Source of the DNA: an uncultured Candidatus Micrarchaeota archaeon
Lineage (GTDB): Archaea > Micrarchaeota > Micrarchaeia > Anstonellales > Bilamarchaeaceae
Direction: 5' to 3'
Assembly (NCBI GenBank): GCA_963714085.1
Contig: OY970229.1
Span: 224,001-288,000 of the forward strand
DNA length: 64,000 bases
Shown: positions 30,164 through 39,449 of the stretch, piece after piece
Numbering within the stretch: position 1 is the stretch's first letter
Layout: each line of letters begins with the position of its first letter
Notes under the pieces: model-generated
What the model saw: the letters and a program-made list of their open reading frames with translations, nothing else
The model's database searches: none
Told to the model about the DNA's origin: nothing
Made by a program: the position numbers and the translations under genes

Positions 30164-31554
30164 CCTACGGCACCCTCCATCTGCAGCTGTATCAAGCGGT
30201 TGAGCTCCACAGCGTATTCCATGGGGAGCTCGCGCGTGAACGACTCCATGAAGCCGAGGACCACCATGGCGAGCGCGTCTTTTTCCGGAATCCCCCTGCA
30301 CATCAGGTAGAAGAGCTTGTCCTGGCCTATCCTGCCGACCTTGGCCTCGTGGCTCACCGTCGCCTTGGGGGTATCGCTCCTTATCGTGGGGTATGTGTCC
30401 GAGCGGGAGAGCTTGTCCAGGAGGTAGGCGTTGCATTGCACGAAGCTTTTGGCGCCTTCGGCTTTCCTGTCGACCCGCACCAGGCCCCTGAAGCTGGAGC
30501 GGCCCCCGTCCTTGCACACGCTTTTTTGTATTATCTTGGAGCTCGTATTAGGAGCCAGGTGTATCGCCTTGGCGCCCGTGTCCTGGTGCTGGCCCTTCCC
30601 GGCGTATGCGACCGAGAGCACCTCGGCGCGCGCGCCCTCTCCTTGCAGTATGACGCTGGGATATTTCACCGTGACCGCGCTGCCCATGTTCCCGTCTATC
30701 CACTCGACGATGGCGTTCTCGTGCGCTACCGCCCTTTTAGTGACAAGGTTGTAGACGTTGTTGGACCAGTTCTGTATGGTCGTGTAGCGCACCTTGGAGT
30801 TCTTCTTCGCGATTATCTCGACCACGGCAGCGTGCAGGGAAGCGCTGGAATACACGGGGGCTGAACATCCTTCGACGTACGACACGCTCGCGCCTTCCTC
30901 CGCGATGATGAGCGTGCGCTCGAACTGGCCGAGCTTCTCGGTGTTTATGCGGAAGTACGCCTGGAGCGGGATATCGCAGTGCGTGTTCTTCGGGATGTAG
31001 ACGAACGAACCACCTGACCAGATGGAACTGTTCAGCGAGGCGAACTTGTTGTCGTCCAGCGGGACCACGGTGCCGAAGTATTTCTCCACGATGTCAGGGT
31101 GCTCCTTCAATCCGGTGTCCATGTCAGTGAAGATTATCCCCTTCTCCTCCCACTGCTTCTTCAGATGGTGGTAGACGCTTTCTGATTCGAATTGTGCCGA
31201 CGACCCGGCGAGGAACTTCCTCTCGGCCTCGGGTATGCCGAGCTTGTCGAAAGTCTTCCTTATGTCTGATGGGACCTTGTCCCAGGACTGCTCGTTCTTT
31301 CCAGAGGGCTTCACGTAGTAATAGAGGTCGTTCAGGTCCAGGTGCGAGAGGTCAGGACCCCAGGTAGGCAGCCGCTGTTTCAAGAAGTGCGAATGCGCCT
31401 GGAGCCGTTTCTCCAGCATCCACGCAGGCTCGCCCTTCATCTTGGAGATCTCCCGTATCACCGCGTCGTCCAGCCCCTTCTTTGAGCGGAAGGCGTAGTG
31501 CTCTGGGGTGTGGAAATCGTATTTTAACGGTTCTATTTCTGCCAAGAGGAGCAC
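30160..31554 (-). CDS. sufB: Fe-S cluster assembly protein SufB
   Basis: GQFERTLII, YVEGCSAP, YTTIQNWS, HEAKVG, LPMEYAVE. Confidence 0.97.
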   Translation of the reverse strand: MLLLAEIEPLKYDFHTPEHYAFRSKKGLDDAVIREISKMKGEPAWMLEKRLQAHSHFLKQRLPTWGPDLSHLDLNDLYYYVKPSGKNEQSWDKVPSDIRKTFDKLGIPEAERKFLAGSSAQFESESVYHHLKKQWEEKGIIFTDMDTGLKEHPDIVEKYFGTVVPLDDNKFASLNSSIWSGGSFVYIPKNTHCDIPLQAYFRINTEKLGQFERTLIIAEEGASVSYVEGCSAPVYSSASLHAAVVEIIAKKNSKVRYTTIQNWSNNVYNLVTKRAVAHENAIVEWIDGNMGSAVTVKYPSVILQGEGARAEVLSVAYAGKGQHQDTGAKAIHLAPNTSSKIIQKSVCKDGGRSSFRGLVRVDRKAEGAKSFVQCNAYLLDKLSRSDTYPTIRSDTPKATVSHEAKVGRIGQDKLFYLMCRGIPEKDALAMVVLGFMESFTRELPMEYAVELNRLIQLQMEGAVG

Positions 31555-31605
31555 CTGATTGCAGATTACACGTCGGCAAGGTTTAAAACATATGCCGTCG
31601 GAGGC

Positions 31606-33999
31606 TCAGCGCAGCCGGGTGAATTTCGCCCCTTCCCTTTCGAGGTACTCGTGCATTATGGCCCGGTACCTGTTCGCGGTCAGGTCTATCGCGAGGTTGA
31701 CTATCTCGCTGGCTGAGGTCACGTGCTTCACCAGGAATTTGGCTTCCTCGAGGTCCTTGCTCGTCTGGCTGGGCTTAGAGCCATGTTCGTTTATCTCAAT
31801 CATGAAGAACTGGCTCCTTTTCGCGGCCTCGATGAACCTGTCCTTCACCGTATTCCAGTTGCCTATATCTCCGTCCGATATCATGGAGAACATGGGGTTC
31901 TTCCTGCCCTGGAGGTTCTTGAGCACCGTGTCCAGGTCTATGGTCGTGCCTCCGGTGGCCGGGTTCAGCAGCATCCTCTTCACTTCCGCGAGCCCCTTGG
32001 TGTCAAGCGTCGCGCTGCTGAATATCGCGGCCGATACGTCTATCTTGTGCAGTATCCGCTCGCTCTCGAAGAACCTGAGGAGCCCCCAGAACGTCCATAG
32101 GGCGTAATGGTAATAGCTCTCGTTGCCCCATGGGACCAACGATCGATCACCTTTCTGCATCATGCTGCCGGAGGAGTCTATGAGGCTGAACACGAAATCC
32201 GGGAGCTCGCCCTTCTCCTTCTTTATCGGGACCTGCACGGGCCACCTGATCTTTAGTACCGACGGGATGAACGACCTGCTGAGCGGGTCCACGTGGAGCC
32301 TCGCTGCCACCGCGTCCTCGATGGAATGCACATCCGGGTCGAACCTCTCGTGCACGAGCGGCAGGACCGGGAAGTTCCGGCCCGGGGCGCTGCCTTTCAG
32401 CTTCAGAGGTATCCTTTTCGCCAGCAGCCGGTAATACGCGTCAAGCGCCTCGTCCCCCTTGATGTAGAACGGCACTCCGGCCGGCCCCGCGGTCCTGCCT
32501 CCCATCCTGCCCCCCATTATCTTCTCTATGTCGTCCGGAGTGAGGTCGCCCCCGATGGGGACGCCTCCGAAGCCGACCTTCTTGTCCCCTTCCTCCTCCG
32601 GGTCGCCCGGCCCTTCCGCGTCTTCGTCCTCCTCTTCCCCCTCAGCGCCGGGCTTGCCGCTTCCAGCCCCCGCGCCGTCCTGCTCGTCTTCCCCGCTTTG
32701 GCCGCCTTTCCCTTTCTTATCGCTCTCTTTCTTCCCGGCCTTGCCTGCGCCTTTCCCCTCTTGTTCGCCGCCCTGCCCTTCGTCCTCCTCGCTTCCGTCG
32801 GCTTTCCCTTTTTTATCGCTTTCTTTCTTCCCGGCGTTGCCTGCGCCTTTCCCCTCTTGTTCGCCGTCCTGCTCGTCTTCCCCGCTTTGGCCGCCTTTCC
32901 CTTCCTTACCGCTCTCTTTCTTCCCGGCCTTGCCCTTTTGTTCCCCGCCTTCTCCGTCTTCTTCCTCCTTTTCGCCGCCTTCCCCATTTTTCCCGCCCTT
33001 GCCCTCCTGCTTCCCGTCCCCCTGCCCGCCTTCCTTCCCCTGCTCCCCGCCTGCACCGGACTCCTCCTTCCCTTTGCCCTTGGAGGGCTTGCCCTTCTTC
33101 CCGGATGACGACTTGTCGTCCGCGGAGCGCTTGTGCCTCGGCTTGTCCTGCGGGGTGATGTACTTCAGCGCCTCTTCGGCGTATAGCGCGGCGAGGTTGG
33201 CCCATTGCGCCCGGTCGTATATCGCGGCGGTGGTGAACGCCTCGCGCAGCTTCCCGAGCGACTCGGGGAGCTTCTCGTCCCTGGAGAAGAACTTCCTAAG
33301 CAGGCCCGTGTCGTCCTTGTCGCCGAACAGCCCGAGGTTGTGCATGACGAAAAGCGTGTACTCGGCGCCATAGTCCCCGCAGTGCTGACCCTGCAGGTAC
33401 CAGAACAGCATCTGGCCTGTCGGCCGCTCGTCAGACTGCGCCAGCAGGTTCGCCATGTTGTAGTTGTCTATCACGTCCATGACCGCGTTCGCGAGGTTCG
33501 CGGACATGGACTTGCAGAAATCGTCGCTGAATTTGTTTGCCGACTTGAGCTTGCCGTGTATCGGCTCTATGAAGGACGTGTAGTAGGCGACCTTGTCGTA
33601 GGGGCATCCGAACCCCGAGCCCCTGGGCAGCTCCCAGTGGCCCATCTCGTGGTATGCGGTGGTCCTGAGCAGCTCCATGCACGGGTCCGCCACGCCCCTC
33701 CTGTCCATGAACCTGAGCAGGTTCGGGTCCTCGTTGAACACGAGATGCGCGTCTATGACGAACCTCGCGTCCCACGTGTCCGGGTCTATGCCGGCGAACA
33801 GGGGCGTCCTCGCATGCTCCCTGGCCTCCAGAGTGATGACCGACTTCGTGGGGCCGTGCCTCTTGAAGAGGTCCTCGACCATGAGCTTGTATTCGAAAAG
33901 CTTCTCGGGCTTGAGCGCGAGGCTTGCCTTGAGCAGGTTCGGGTCGCTCCGCACGCGCGGCCTCGATGTCCCGTTCCCCTCACTTCTTTGCGCCATCAT
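31606..33999 (-). CDS. VWA-domain protein with an N-terminal HEXXH domain and a G/E/K-rich linker (MoxR partner)
   Basis: YHEMGHW; MIDAS DSSGS, GGT, ISDG. Confidence 0.85.
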   Translation of the reverse strand: MMAQRSEGNGTSRPRVRSDPNLLKASLALKPEKLFEYKLMVEDLFKRHGPTKSVITLEAREHARTPLFAGIDPDTWDARFVIDAHLVFNEDPNLLRFMDRRGVADPCMELLRTTAYHEMGHWELPRGSGFGCPYDKVAYYTSFIEPIHGKLKSANKFSDDFCKSMSANLANAVMDVIDNYNMANLLAQSDERPTGQMLFWYLQGQHCGDYGAEYTLFVMHNLGLFGDKDDTGLLRKFFSRDEKLPESLGKLREAFTTAAIYDRAQWANLAALYAEEALKYITPQDKPRHKRSADDKSSSGKKGKPSKGKGKEESGAGGEQGKEGGQGDGKQEGKGGKNGEGGEKEEEDGEGGEQKGKAGKKESGKEGKGGQSGEDEQDGEQEGKGAGNAGKKESDKKGKADGSEEDEGQGGEQEGKGAGKAGKKESDKKGKGGQSGEDEQDGAGAGSGKPGAEGEEEDEDAEGPGDPEEEGDKKVGFGGVPIGGDLTPDDIEKIMGGRMGGRTAGPAGVPFYIKGDEALDAYYRLLAKRIPLKLKGSAPGRNFPVLPLVHERFDPDVHSIEDAVAARLHVDPLSRSFIPSVLKIRWPVQVPIKKEKGELPDFVFSLIDSSGSMMQKGDRSLVPWGNESYYHYALWTFWGLLRFFESERILHKIDVSAAIFSSATLDTKGLAEVKRMLLNPATGGTTIDLDTVLKNLQGRKNPMFSMISDGDIGNWNTVKDRFIEAAKRSQFFMIEINEHGSKPSQTSKDLEEAKFLVKHVTSASEIVNLAIDLTANRYRAIMHEYLEREGAKFTRLR
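32680..32935. repeat. Imperfect intragenic tandem repeats encoding GKAGKKES(D/G)K units
   Basis: CTGCTCGTCTTCCCCGCTTTGGCCGCCTTTCCCT occurs twice; TTCTTCCCGGC(C/G)TTGCC three times. Confidence 0.8.
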
Positions 34000-36900
34000 T
34001 CCACTTCCCGTAAAGGAATGCGGCTACTTCCGTGCGGCCTTTTCCCATGGCTTTTTCCCATGTCTCGTACCTCACTCTGGCCCCTTTCTCGACCAGAAGC
34101 CGGATAAAATTCAGCTGCCCCTCCTCTGCGGCATGGTCCATGTAGGCGGGCTCTATTCTCGCGCCCTTCTCAATCAGCCACCTGGCTATCCCTTCGTTCC
34201 TGATGCCCAGGGCGTATGCCAGCGGCGTCCTGCCCGACCATGTCCTCATGTTGGGGTTCACCCCGTTGTCCACGAGGAGCCGTATGCCCTTTTCGTATTC
34301 CAGGCCGTAGTCCCCGGCCATCTCGAGCAGGTCCCTCATGAGCATATGGCCTTCCGATTCCGCCAGGCTGGTGCCGCTGACCCAGGATGAGGGCAGCGCC
34401 ACGCGGGCCAGCCTCGTCAAGCCGACCGTGGCGCGCTCCGCGGCCGAACCGCTCGTGCCGATGTCGACATAATCATGCGCGGTGAATCCGCATCCGCCCA
34501 GCATTATCTCGTCTTGCCGCTTCCTTTCCATCAGGTATTCGAAGCATTCCCTGTTCCCGCTGGCCGCCGCGTGCATCGCGGTGTTCCAGCCGGCCTTGTT
34601 CCTCGCCGAAAACCAGCCGAGCTGGTGGGTCGAAGCGTATTCCAACACTTTTTCGAGGGTCTTGGCATTGCCCCGGGCCGCGCTCATCAGCAGCGTGGTG
34701 CCGTCCGTCGCTTTCCTGTACGGTTTCCCGGGCTGCGAAAGCAGTAACTCCACGGTCTCCGTGTGGCCTTTCGCGGCTGCCATCATGACCGCGGTCTCCC
34801 CGTTCGCCCCGTTCTCTGCAATGTTCCTCCATACCCTCCGGTTCGCCTTGTCTATCAATCCCGCCACGCCTACGACCGCGAGGCCCGTGGCGATGACCAT
34901 GAGGCCGCCGACAAAACCCTTGTCGTTGCTGGGGAGCATGGACCTCAGCATGTTCGTGAATCCGTATTTATACCAATCGTGTGCCATGCCCGCAACATCG
35001 ATTAAAATCCCTAAGCCGCTCCCGATGAGCCCCATGAACGCGGCATACTGTGAGAACGGTCCGGTCACGCGTGCTGCCCACGTCTTTGCCATTTCCGAGG
35101 CCGTCCTTCCCTTCCGCGCATGCACTTTCGCCCCGTGCTTGGCCAGGGCTTCTACTATCTTTGTATGCCCTTTCTGTGCGGCGAGCATCAATGCGGTCTC
35201 GTTCGAATCGTTCCTCGCATTGATCCTGGCGGGCCTGCTCCTTTTCGGGCCAGGTGATTTCGAAAGCAGGGCGACAACCGCCTCATCGTGTCCTTCTGCC
35301 GCCGCCTTCATGAGCGGGGTGTTACCGCAAAGATCCCTTGCGTTCGCGTTCGCGCCGTACCCGCGGAGCAGCGTTACCACGTCGCATTTCCCTTTCTCCG
35401 CGGCCTTCATGAGCGCGGTCTGCTGATAGCCGATCCGCACGTCCACCTTCGCGCCCTTCTCCAGGAGCAGCTTCGCGACCTCGAGGTCCCCATGCTCGGC
35501 CGCGAGCGCGAGCACGCTTGTGAGCTCCTTTTGCACGTTGACCTCCGCGCTAACCGCGTTCACGTCCGCCCCGAGCTCGACCAATTTCCTGGCGGACGCC
35601 GCCTTGCCGCACTCTATGGCGTGCATGAGCGCGGTCCTGCAATCCCCGTCGCGCTGCTCGATGTTCGCGGGTTTCGTGCCCCGGGTCAGCAGCACGTTCA
35701 CTGCTTCGGCCTCGCCGCTTTCCGCCGCGTAGAAGAGCGGCGTCTTCTTGTTATCGTTCGCGTTTGCACGGTTGACATCGGCGCCCGCGCCTATCAGGGC
35801 CTGTATTGCATCCGCATGCCCATTCTTGGCCGCCACGTCCAATGCGGTGAGCCCGTCATGCCTCGATGCATAGCGTATGCCGTCCTGATTCATCTTATGC
35901 CTCAGCACCCTTATGGAATGCGGGTCCCCGCGTTCCGCGGCGTACATCAGGGCGGTCCAGTTACGTCCGTCAGTCCAGCCAGGACGTGCGCCATTCTCGA
36001 GCAGCAATGCCACGATATCAGAATTTGCGTTCGCGGCGGCGAGCATCAGCGCGTTCGGCCCGTTATGCCCGGGCCCAGAGCACAGGTGGACGTCCGCCCT
36101 TGCGCTTAGCAGCTTATCCACCACGCTCATCTTCCCGCCCGCGGCGGCCCTCATGAGGGCGGTCCTGCCTTCCGCATCCATTGCGTCGATTCTTGCTCCG
36201 CGCTTGATGAGGATGGCGGCGGAATCGCCGTGTTCCGCGTGCATTAGCGGTGTGGATCTCGTCTGGTCAGGATGGTTCACGTCCGCGCCGTTGTCGAGCA
36301 GCATCGTGATGCATCCAGTATCGTTGCAGGAGGCGGCCAGCGCCAGGGCGGTCTCGCCCTTCTTGTTCGTATCGTCGACCCGCCTGCCCATGAATGTCAC
36401 GATCGACGCCGCGGCTTCCGGCTTGCGGTTGCGCACGGCCACCATCAGCGGCGTGTCGCCGTTGTTGTCGGCTATCCTCTCCAGCCCGCTCTTGGTGTCG
36501 ATGCTGAGCAATAGACCGGCCATGGTCGGCGGCGTCCCGTCATCCGAGCATATGGTGCTGAACATAGAGCCCGATGCGGCCGCATGCGTCACGGCGGTCC
36601 ATCCGTTTTTGTCCCGCATGGACAGGACCGCGTTCGCCCGGTCCTTGCCCAACGCAAGCAAAGCGACTAGAAGAGGGATCCCTTTGATGTCTTGCTTCGC
36701 CGCCTTCATCCAGGCGCTCTCCCCGTCCTTGTCCTGTGCCGCGGGGTCCGCGCCTTTTCCCAGCAATGTGCCGTATACCGAGACATCTTCCAGTCCAATC
36801 GCCTTCATCAGGGGTGTTTCCATATTCTCGTCCCTGGCGTTGGCATCCGCCCCCTTCTCCAGCAGCATTCCCGCTATCTTCCCGGTATCGGCGGCCCCGC

Positions 36901-37888
36901 TCCCGAGGCAGACCATCAGCGCGCTTCCCTTGGGGTTGTCGATATCCGGCTTCGCCCCTATGGCCAGCAGGGACTGGACCCGTTCGGCATTGCCTTGGCT
37001 GCACGCCGTGAACAGCGGGGTCATCCCCTTCTTGTTAGGGTGGTTTATGTCCGCGCCGGCCGCGACGAGAAGGCCGATGATGCCGAAGTTATCGGTACGG
37101 GACAGCGCCGTGTTCCCGTCGGCGTCCTCGGCGTTCGTATTGGCTGCATGCTTGATGAGGAGTTCGATCGATTCGATATTCCCGCTGTCCACCGCCTCCA
37201 TGAGCGGGGTCTGCTTCTTCTTGTCGCAATTGTGCGGGTTCGCCCCCTGCTCCAGGAGGACCCTGAGGCATCCGGTCCGGCCCTGGCGCGCGGCCAGGTA
37301 CACCGCGGACTGGGACTCTTCTTCCACGAGGTCCGGGTCGGCGTTGTTGTCGATGAGGAACCTGACCATGTCGTCCTCCCCCATGAGCGCGGCCACCATG
37401 AGCGCGGTGAGCTGCCCTTTCGGGGATTTCAGGTCGACATCTGCATTCTCGAGCAGGACCCCGGCCACCTCGATGTTCCCCTTGTCCGCAGCGACCATGA
37501 GTGGGCTGAACGGGAACCTGCCGCTGAGGAAGGACCCTGCGCAGGCGTCCACGTCCGCCCCGTTGTTCATGAGCAGTCTGACGATGCCGACATCGCCCGC
37601 CTCGGTCGCGAGTATCAGCGGGGTCTTGCCAGAGGCGTCCTTCGCCTCCATCTCCGCCCCGTTCCGGATGGCGATGATCGCGCCGTCCCTGTCCTTCTTT
37701 TTCACGCTCTCCAGCAGCCTTCCGTTGAATTCCTTCTGCTCCGCTGGGCCGAGCGTCCTCTTGAAACCCTTTATCTGGTCCCCGCTGGGCATCCTCCTGA
37801 TGAAGTCCGTCCTCTGGAACAGCGCCTTGTCCTTCCTCGCGAACGCGCCCGCGATGTCATCCCGGGTCTTCGGGTCTATAAGCGCCAT
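33980..37888 (-). CDS. Large ankyrin-repeat protein (1302 aa) with an internal two-TM hairpin
   Basis: Many G.TPL/TALM.AA..G...V.LL...GAD repeats; hydrophobic FMGLIGSGLGILI and GLMVIATGLAVVGVAGLI segments. Confidence 0.95.
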   Translation of the reverse strand: MALIDPKTRDDIAGAFARKDKALFQRTDFIRRMPSGDQIKGFKRTLGPAEQKEFNGRLLESVKKKDRDGAIIAIRNGAEMEAKDASGKTPLILATEAGDVGIVRLLMNNGADVDACAGSFLSGRFPFSPLMVAADKGNIEVAGVLLENADVDLKSPKGQLTALMVAALMGEDDMVRFLIDNNADPDLVEEESQSAVYLAARQGRTGCLRVLLEQGANPHNCDKKKQTPLMEAVDSGNIESIELLIKHAANTNAEDADGNTALSRTDNFGIIGLLVAAGADINHPNKKGMTPLFTACSQGNAERVQSLLAIGAKPDIDNPKGSALMVCLGSGAADTGKIAGMLLEKGADANARDENMETPLMKAIGLEDVSVYGTLLGKGADPAAQDKDGESAWMKAAKQDIKGIPLLVALLALGKDRANAVLSMRDKNGWTAVTHAAASGSMFSTICSDDGTPPTMAGLLLSIDTKSGLERIADNNGDTPLMVAVRNRKPEAAASIVTFMGRRVDDTNKKGETALALAASCNDTGCITMLLDNGADVNHPDQTRSTPLMHAEHGDSAAILIKRGARIDAMDAEGRTALMRAAAGGKMSVVDKLLSARADVHLCSGPGHNGPNALMLAAANANSDIVALLLENGARPGWTDGRNWTALMYAAERGDPHSIRVLRHKMNQDGIRYASRHDGLTALDVAAKNGHADAIQALIGAGADVNRANANDNKKTPLFYAAESGEAEAVNVLLTRGTKPANIEQRDGDCRTALMHAIECGKAASARKLVELGADVNAVSAEVNVQKELTSVLALAAEHGDLEVAKLLLEKGAKVDVRIGYQQTALMKAAEKGKCDVVTLLRGYGANANARDLCGNTPLMKAAAEGHDEAVVALLSKSPGPKRSRPARINARNDSNETALMLAAQKGHTKIVEALAKHGAKVHARKGRTASEMAKTWAARVTGPFSQYAAFMGLIGSGLGILIDVAGMAHDWYKYGFTNMLRSMLPSNDKGFVGGLMVIATGLAVVGVAGLIDKANRRVWRNIAENGANGETAVMMAAAKGHTETVELLLSQPGKPYRKATDGTTLLMSAARGNAKTLEKVLEYASTHQLGWFSARNKAGWNTAMHAAASGNRECFEYLMERKRQDEIMLGGCGFTAHDYVDIGTSGSAAERATVGLTRLARVALPSSWVSGTSLAESEGHMLMRDLLEMAGDYGLEYEKGIRLLVDNGVNPNMRTWSGRTPLAYALGIRNEGIARWLIEKGARIEPAYMDHAAEEGQLNFIRLLVEKGARVRYETWEKAMGKGRTEVAAFLYGKWNDGAKK

Positions 37889-37889
37889 C

Positions 37890-39302
37890 TCAATCCACCT
37901 TCCCCGCCATGTTGTCCAGGAACTCGCCGTCCTGGCGCTCCATGGACTCCCTGAGCTTCCCGCCCATGATCCTCGCGCATACGGCGAATATCGGGTTCTC
38001 CCTCGCGCCCTCGTTCACGAATGCCACCATCTCCTGCATCTTCCTGTCGTTCTTCTTGCCCGCGAGCTCCATGAACTCCATGAGGAGTACGACCGCGGTG
38101 GTGAATTTGGAGGGGTCTATCATGCCCGGGAGCTCGTGGTCGAATATCGTGTCGAGTATGTCCTTGTGCGTCCTCTTGTGCTTGTCCTCCACGTCCTTGG
38201 GAAGGAAGCGGCGGTCGTAGCTGAGGGCGAGCTTGAGGCCGGCGACGTACGACTTCACGAACGCGTCCATCCCGACCGGCGCGATGTCCTTGCCTTGGGG
38301 CGAGCGCCTGCGGAGCTCTGTCTCTATGTCCATTATCTTGCACATCGCGAACGCGAGCTTGCCCGCGCTCTGCAGCGTCCTCACGGAGATGTCGGAGCAG
38401 TCCGATATCAGGGAGCCGGCCGCGTGGCTGCCTGGCGCGGCCTGCATATCCGCCCTCCAGGTCCTGGACTGCGCCTTGTCCACGGTCCGCTTGTTCGTGG
38501 AGTCCACGTTTATCTCCACGTATCGGAAGAGCTGGTACATGAACTCCTTGAGCACCGCGCCCGCCATCATCGCGTCGCGGTCCGAACGCCTGGCCTCGGT
38601 GAGGTACTTGTAGGAGCCGACCGCCTCCTTGCGCATGTCCCCGGGCGCCAGCTCGTTCTTCTCCAGGTCCTTCTCGCCTATGGAGAACACGTCCCCCTCG
38701 CCCAGGGGTATCTCGTCGGTGTTGATGATGAGCGGGATGCGGTCCAGCAGCGCGAGGTCCTCGCTGAACGTCCCTGTGTACCCGTCCTCCTCGTCCGTGG
38801 GGTTGCCTGTGGCGACCATCAGGAGGTACTCGTTGTTGCCCAGGTAGTACTTCCTGCCCCTTATCTCCACGTAGCCGTCCACTATGTTCAGGAACTGGTT
38901 CTGCAGCACGGCGGGAACGCGGTTGAGCTCGTCGATGAGCGTGAGGTTGAACCGTATCTTGTCCTTCGCGATCTGGTACACCTCTTCCTCGTTTTTCCCC
39001 TGGAGGTCGAGCTTGGTGAAGAGGTCCTTGAGCTGGAGGTTTATGTCGCCGCGGAGGTACAGCGCGTCCTCTTTGAATATCCCCCTCCAGATCGCCTCGG
39101 CGAGAAGCGTCTTGCCGGTCCCCCTGGAGCCTATGAGGTACATGTTCGTCTTGGATTGTATGCCCAGGGCCGCGACGTCGGTTATGGAGAAGCTCCTCGG
39201 GCCGACGCTGGCCAGGGGCGTCTTGTTCCTGAAGGAATCCGCCAGCTTGCCGGAGATCTGCCGGAAATGCTGGTAGAATTGCGTCTCTTTTTGAGTAACT
39301 AT
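37890..39302 (-). CDS. MoxR-family AAA+ ATPase (probable ATA start)
   Basis: GSRGTGKT, LIDELNR..QN, ATGNP, ALLDR; frame open 53 codons above the first ATG up to GGTGGG-ATC-ATA. Confidence 0.88.
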   Translation of the reverse strand: MVTQKETQFYQHFRQISGKLADSFRNKTPLASVGPRSFSITDVAALGIQSKTNMYLIGSRGTGKTLLAEAIWRGIFKEDALYLRGDINLQLKDLFTKLDLQGKNEEEVYQIAKDKIRFNLTLIDELNRVPAVLQNQFLNIVDGYVEIRGRKYYLGNNEYLLMVATGNPTDEEDGYTGTFSEDLALLDRIPLIINTDEIPLGEGDVFSIGEKDLEKNELAPGDMRKEAVGSYKYLTEARRSDRDAMMAGAVLKEFMYQLFRYVEINVDSTNKRTVDKAQSRTWRADMQAAPGSHAAGSLISDCSDISVRTLQSAGKLAFAMCKIMDIETELRRRSPQGKDIAPVGMDAFVKSYVAGLKLALSYDRRFLPKDVEDKHKRTHKDILDTIFDHELPGMIDPSKFTTAVVLLMEFMELAGKKNDRKMQEMVAFVNEGARENPIFAVCARIMGGKLRESMERQDGEFLDNMAGKVD

Positions 39303-39449
39303 GATCCCACCCGGGATTGATGTGTATAAAACTACATTTAAATGTATTGTTTATTGATGGTAGTGCGCGGTTTGGACCCCGCGGGAATTCCCGATACGTT
39401 CCCGGCGCGCCGCGTATTTCCAGGCATGGGATTGCCCGTGCCCCATGGT

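Noticed and set aside
35913..39320. 1135-aa plus-strand ORF and other long antisense ORFs (e.g. 10680-12758, 56109-57194)
   Set aside because: Shadows of GC3-rich genes on the opposite strand; no motifs
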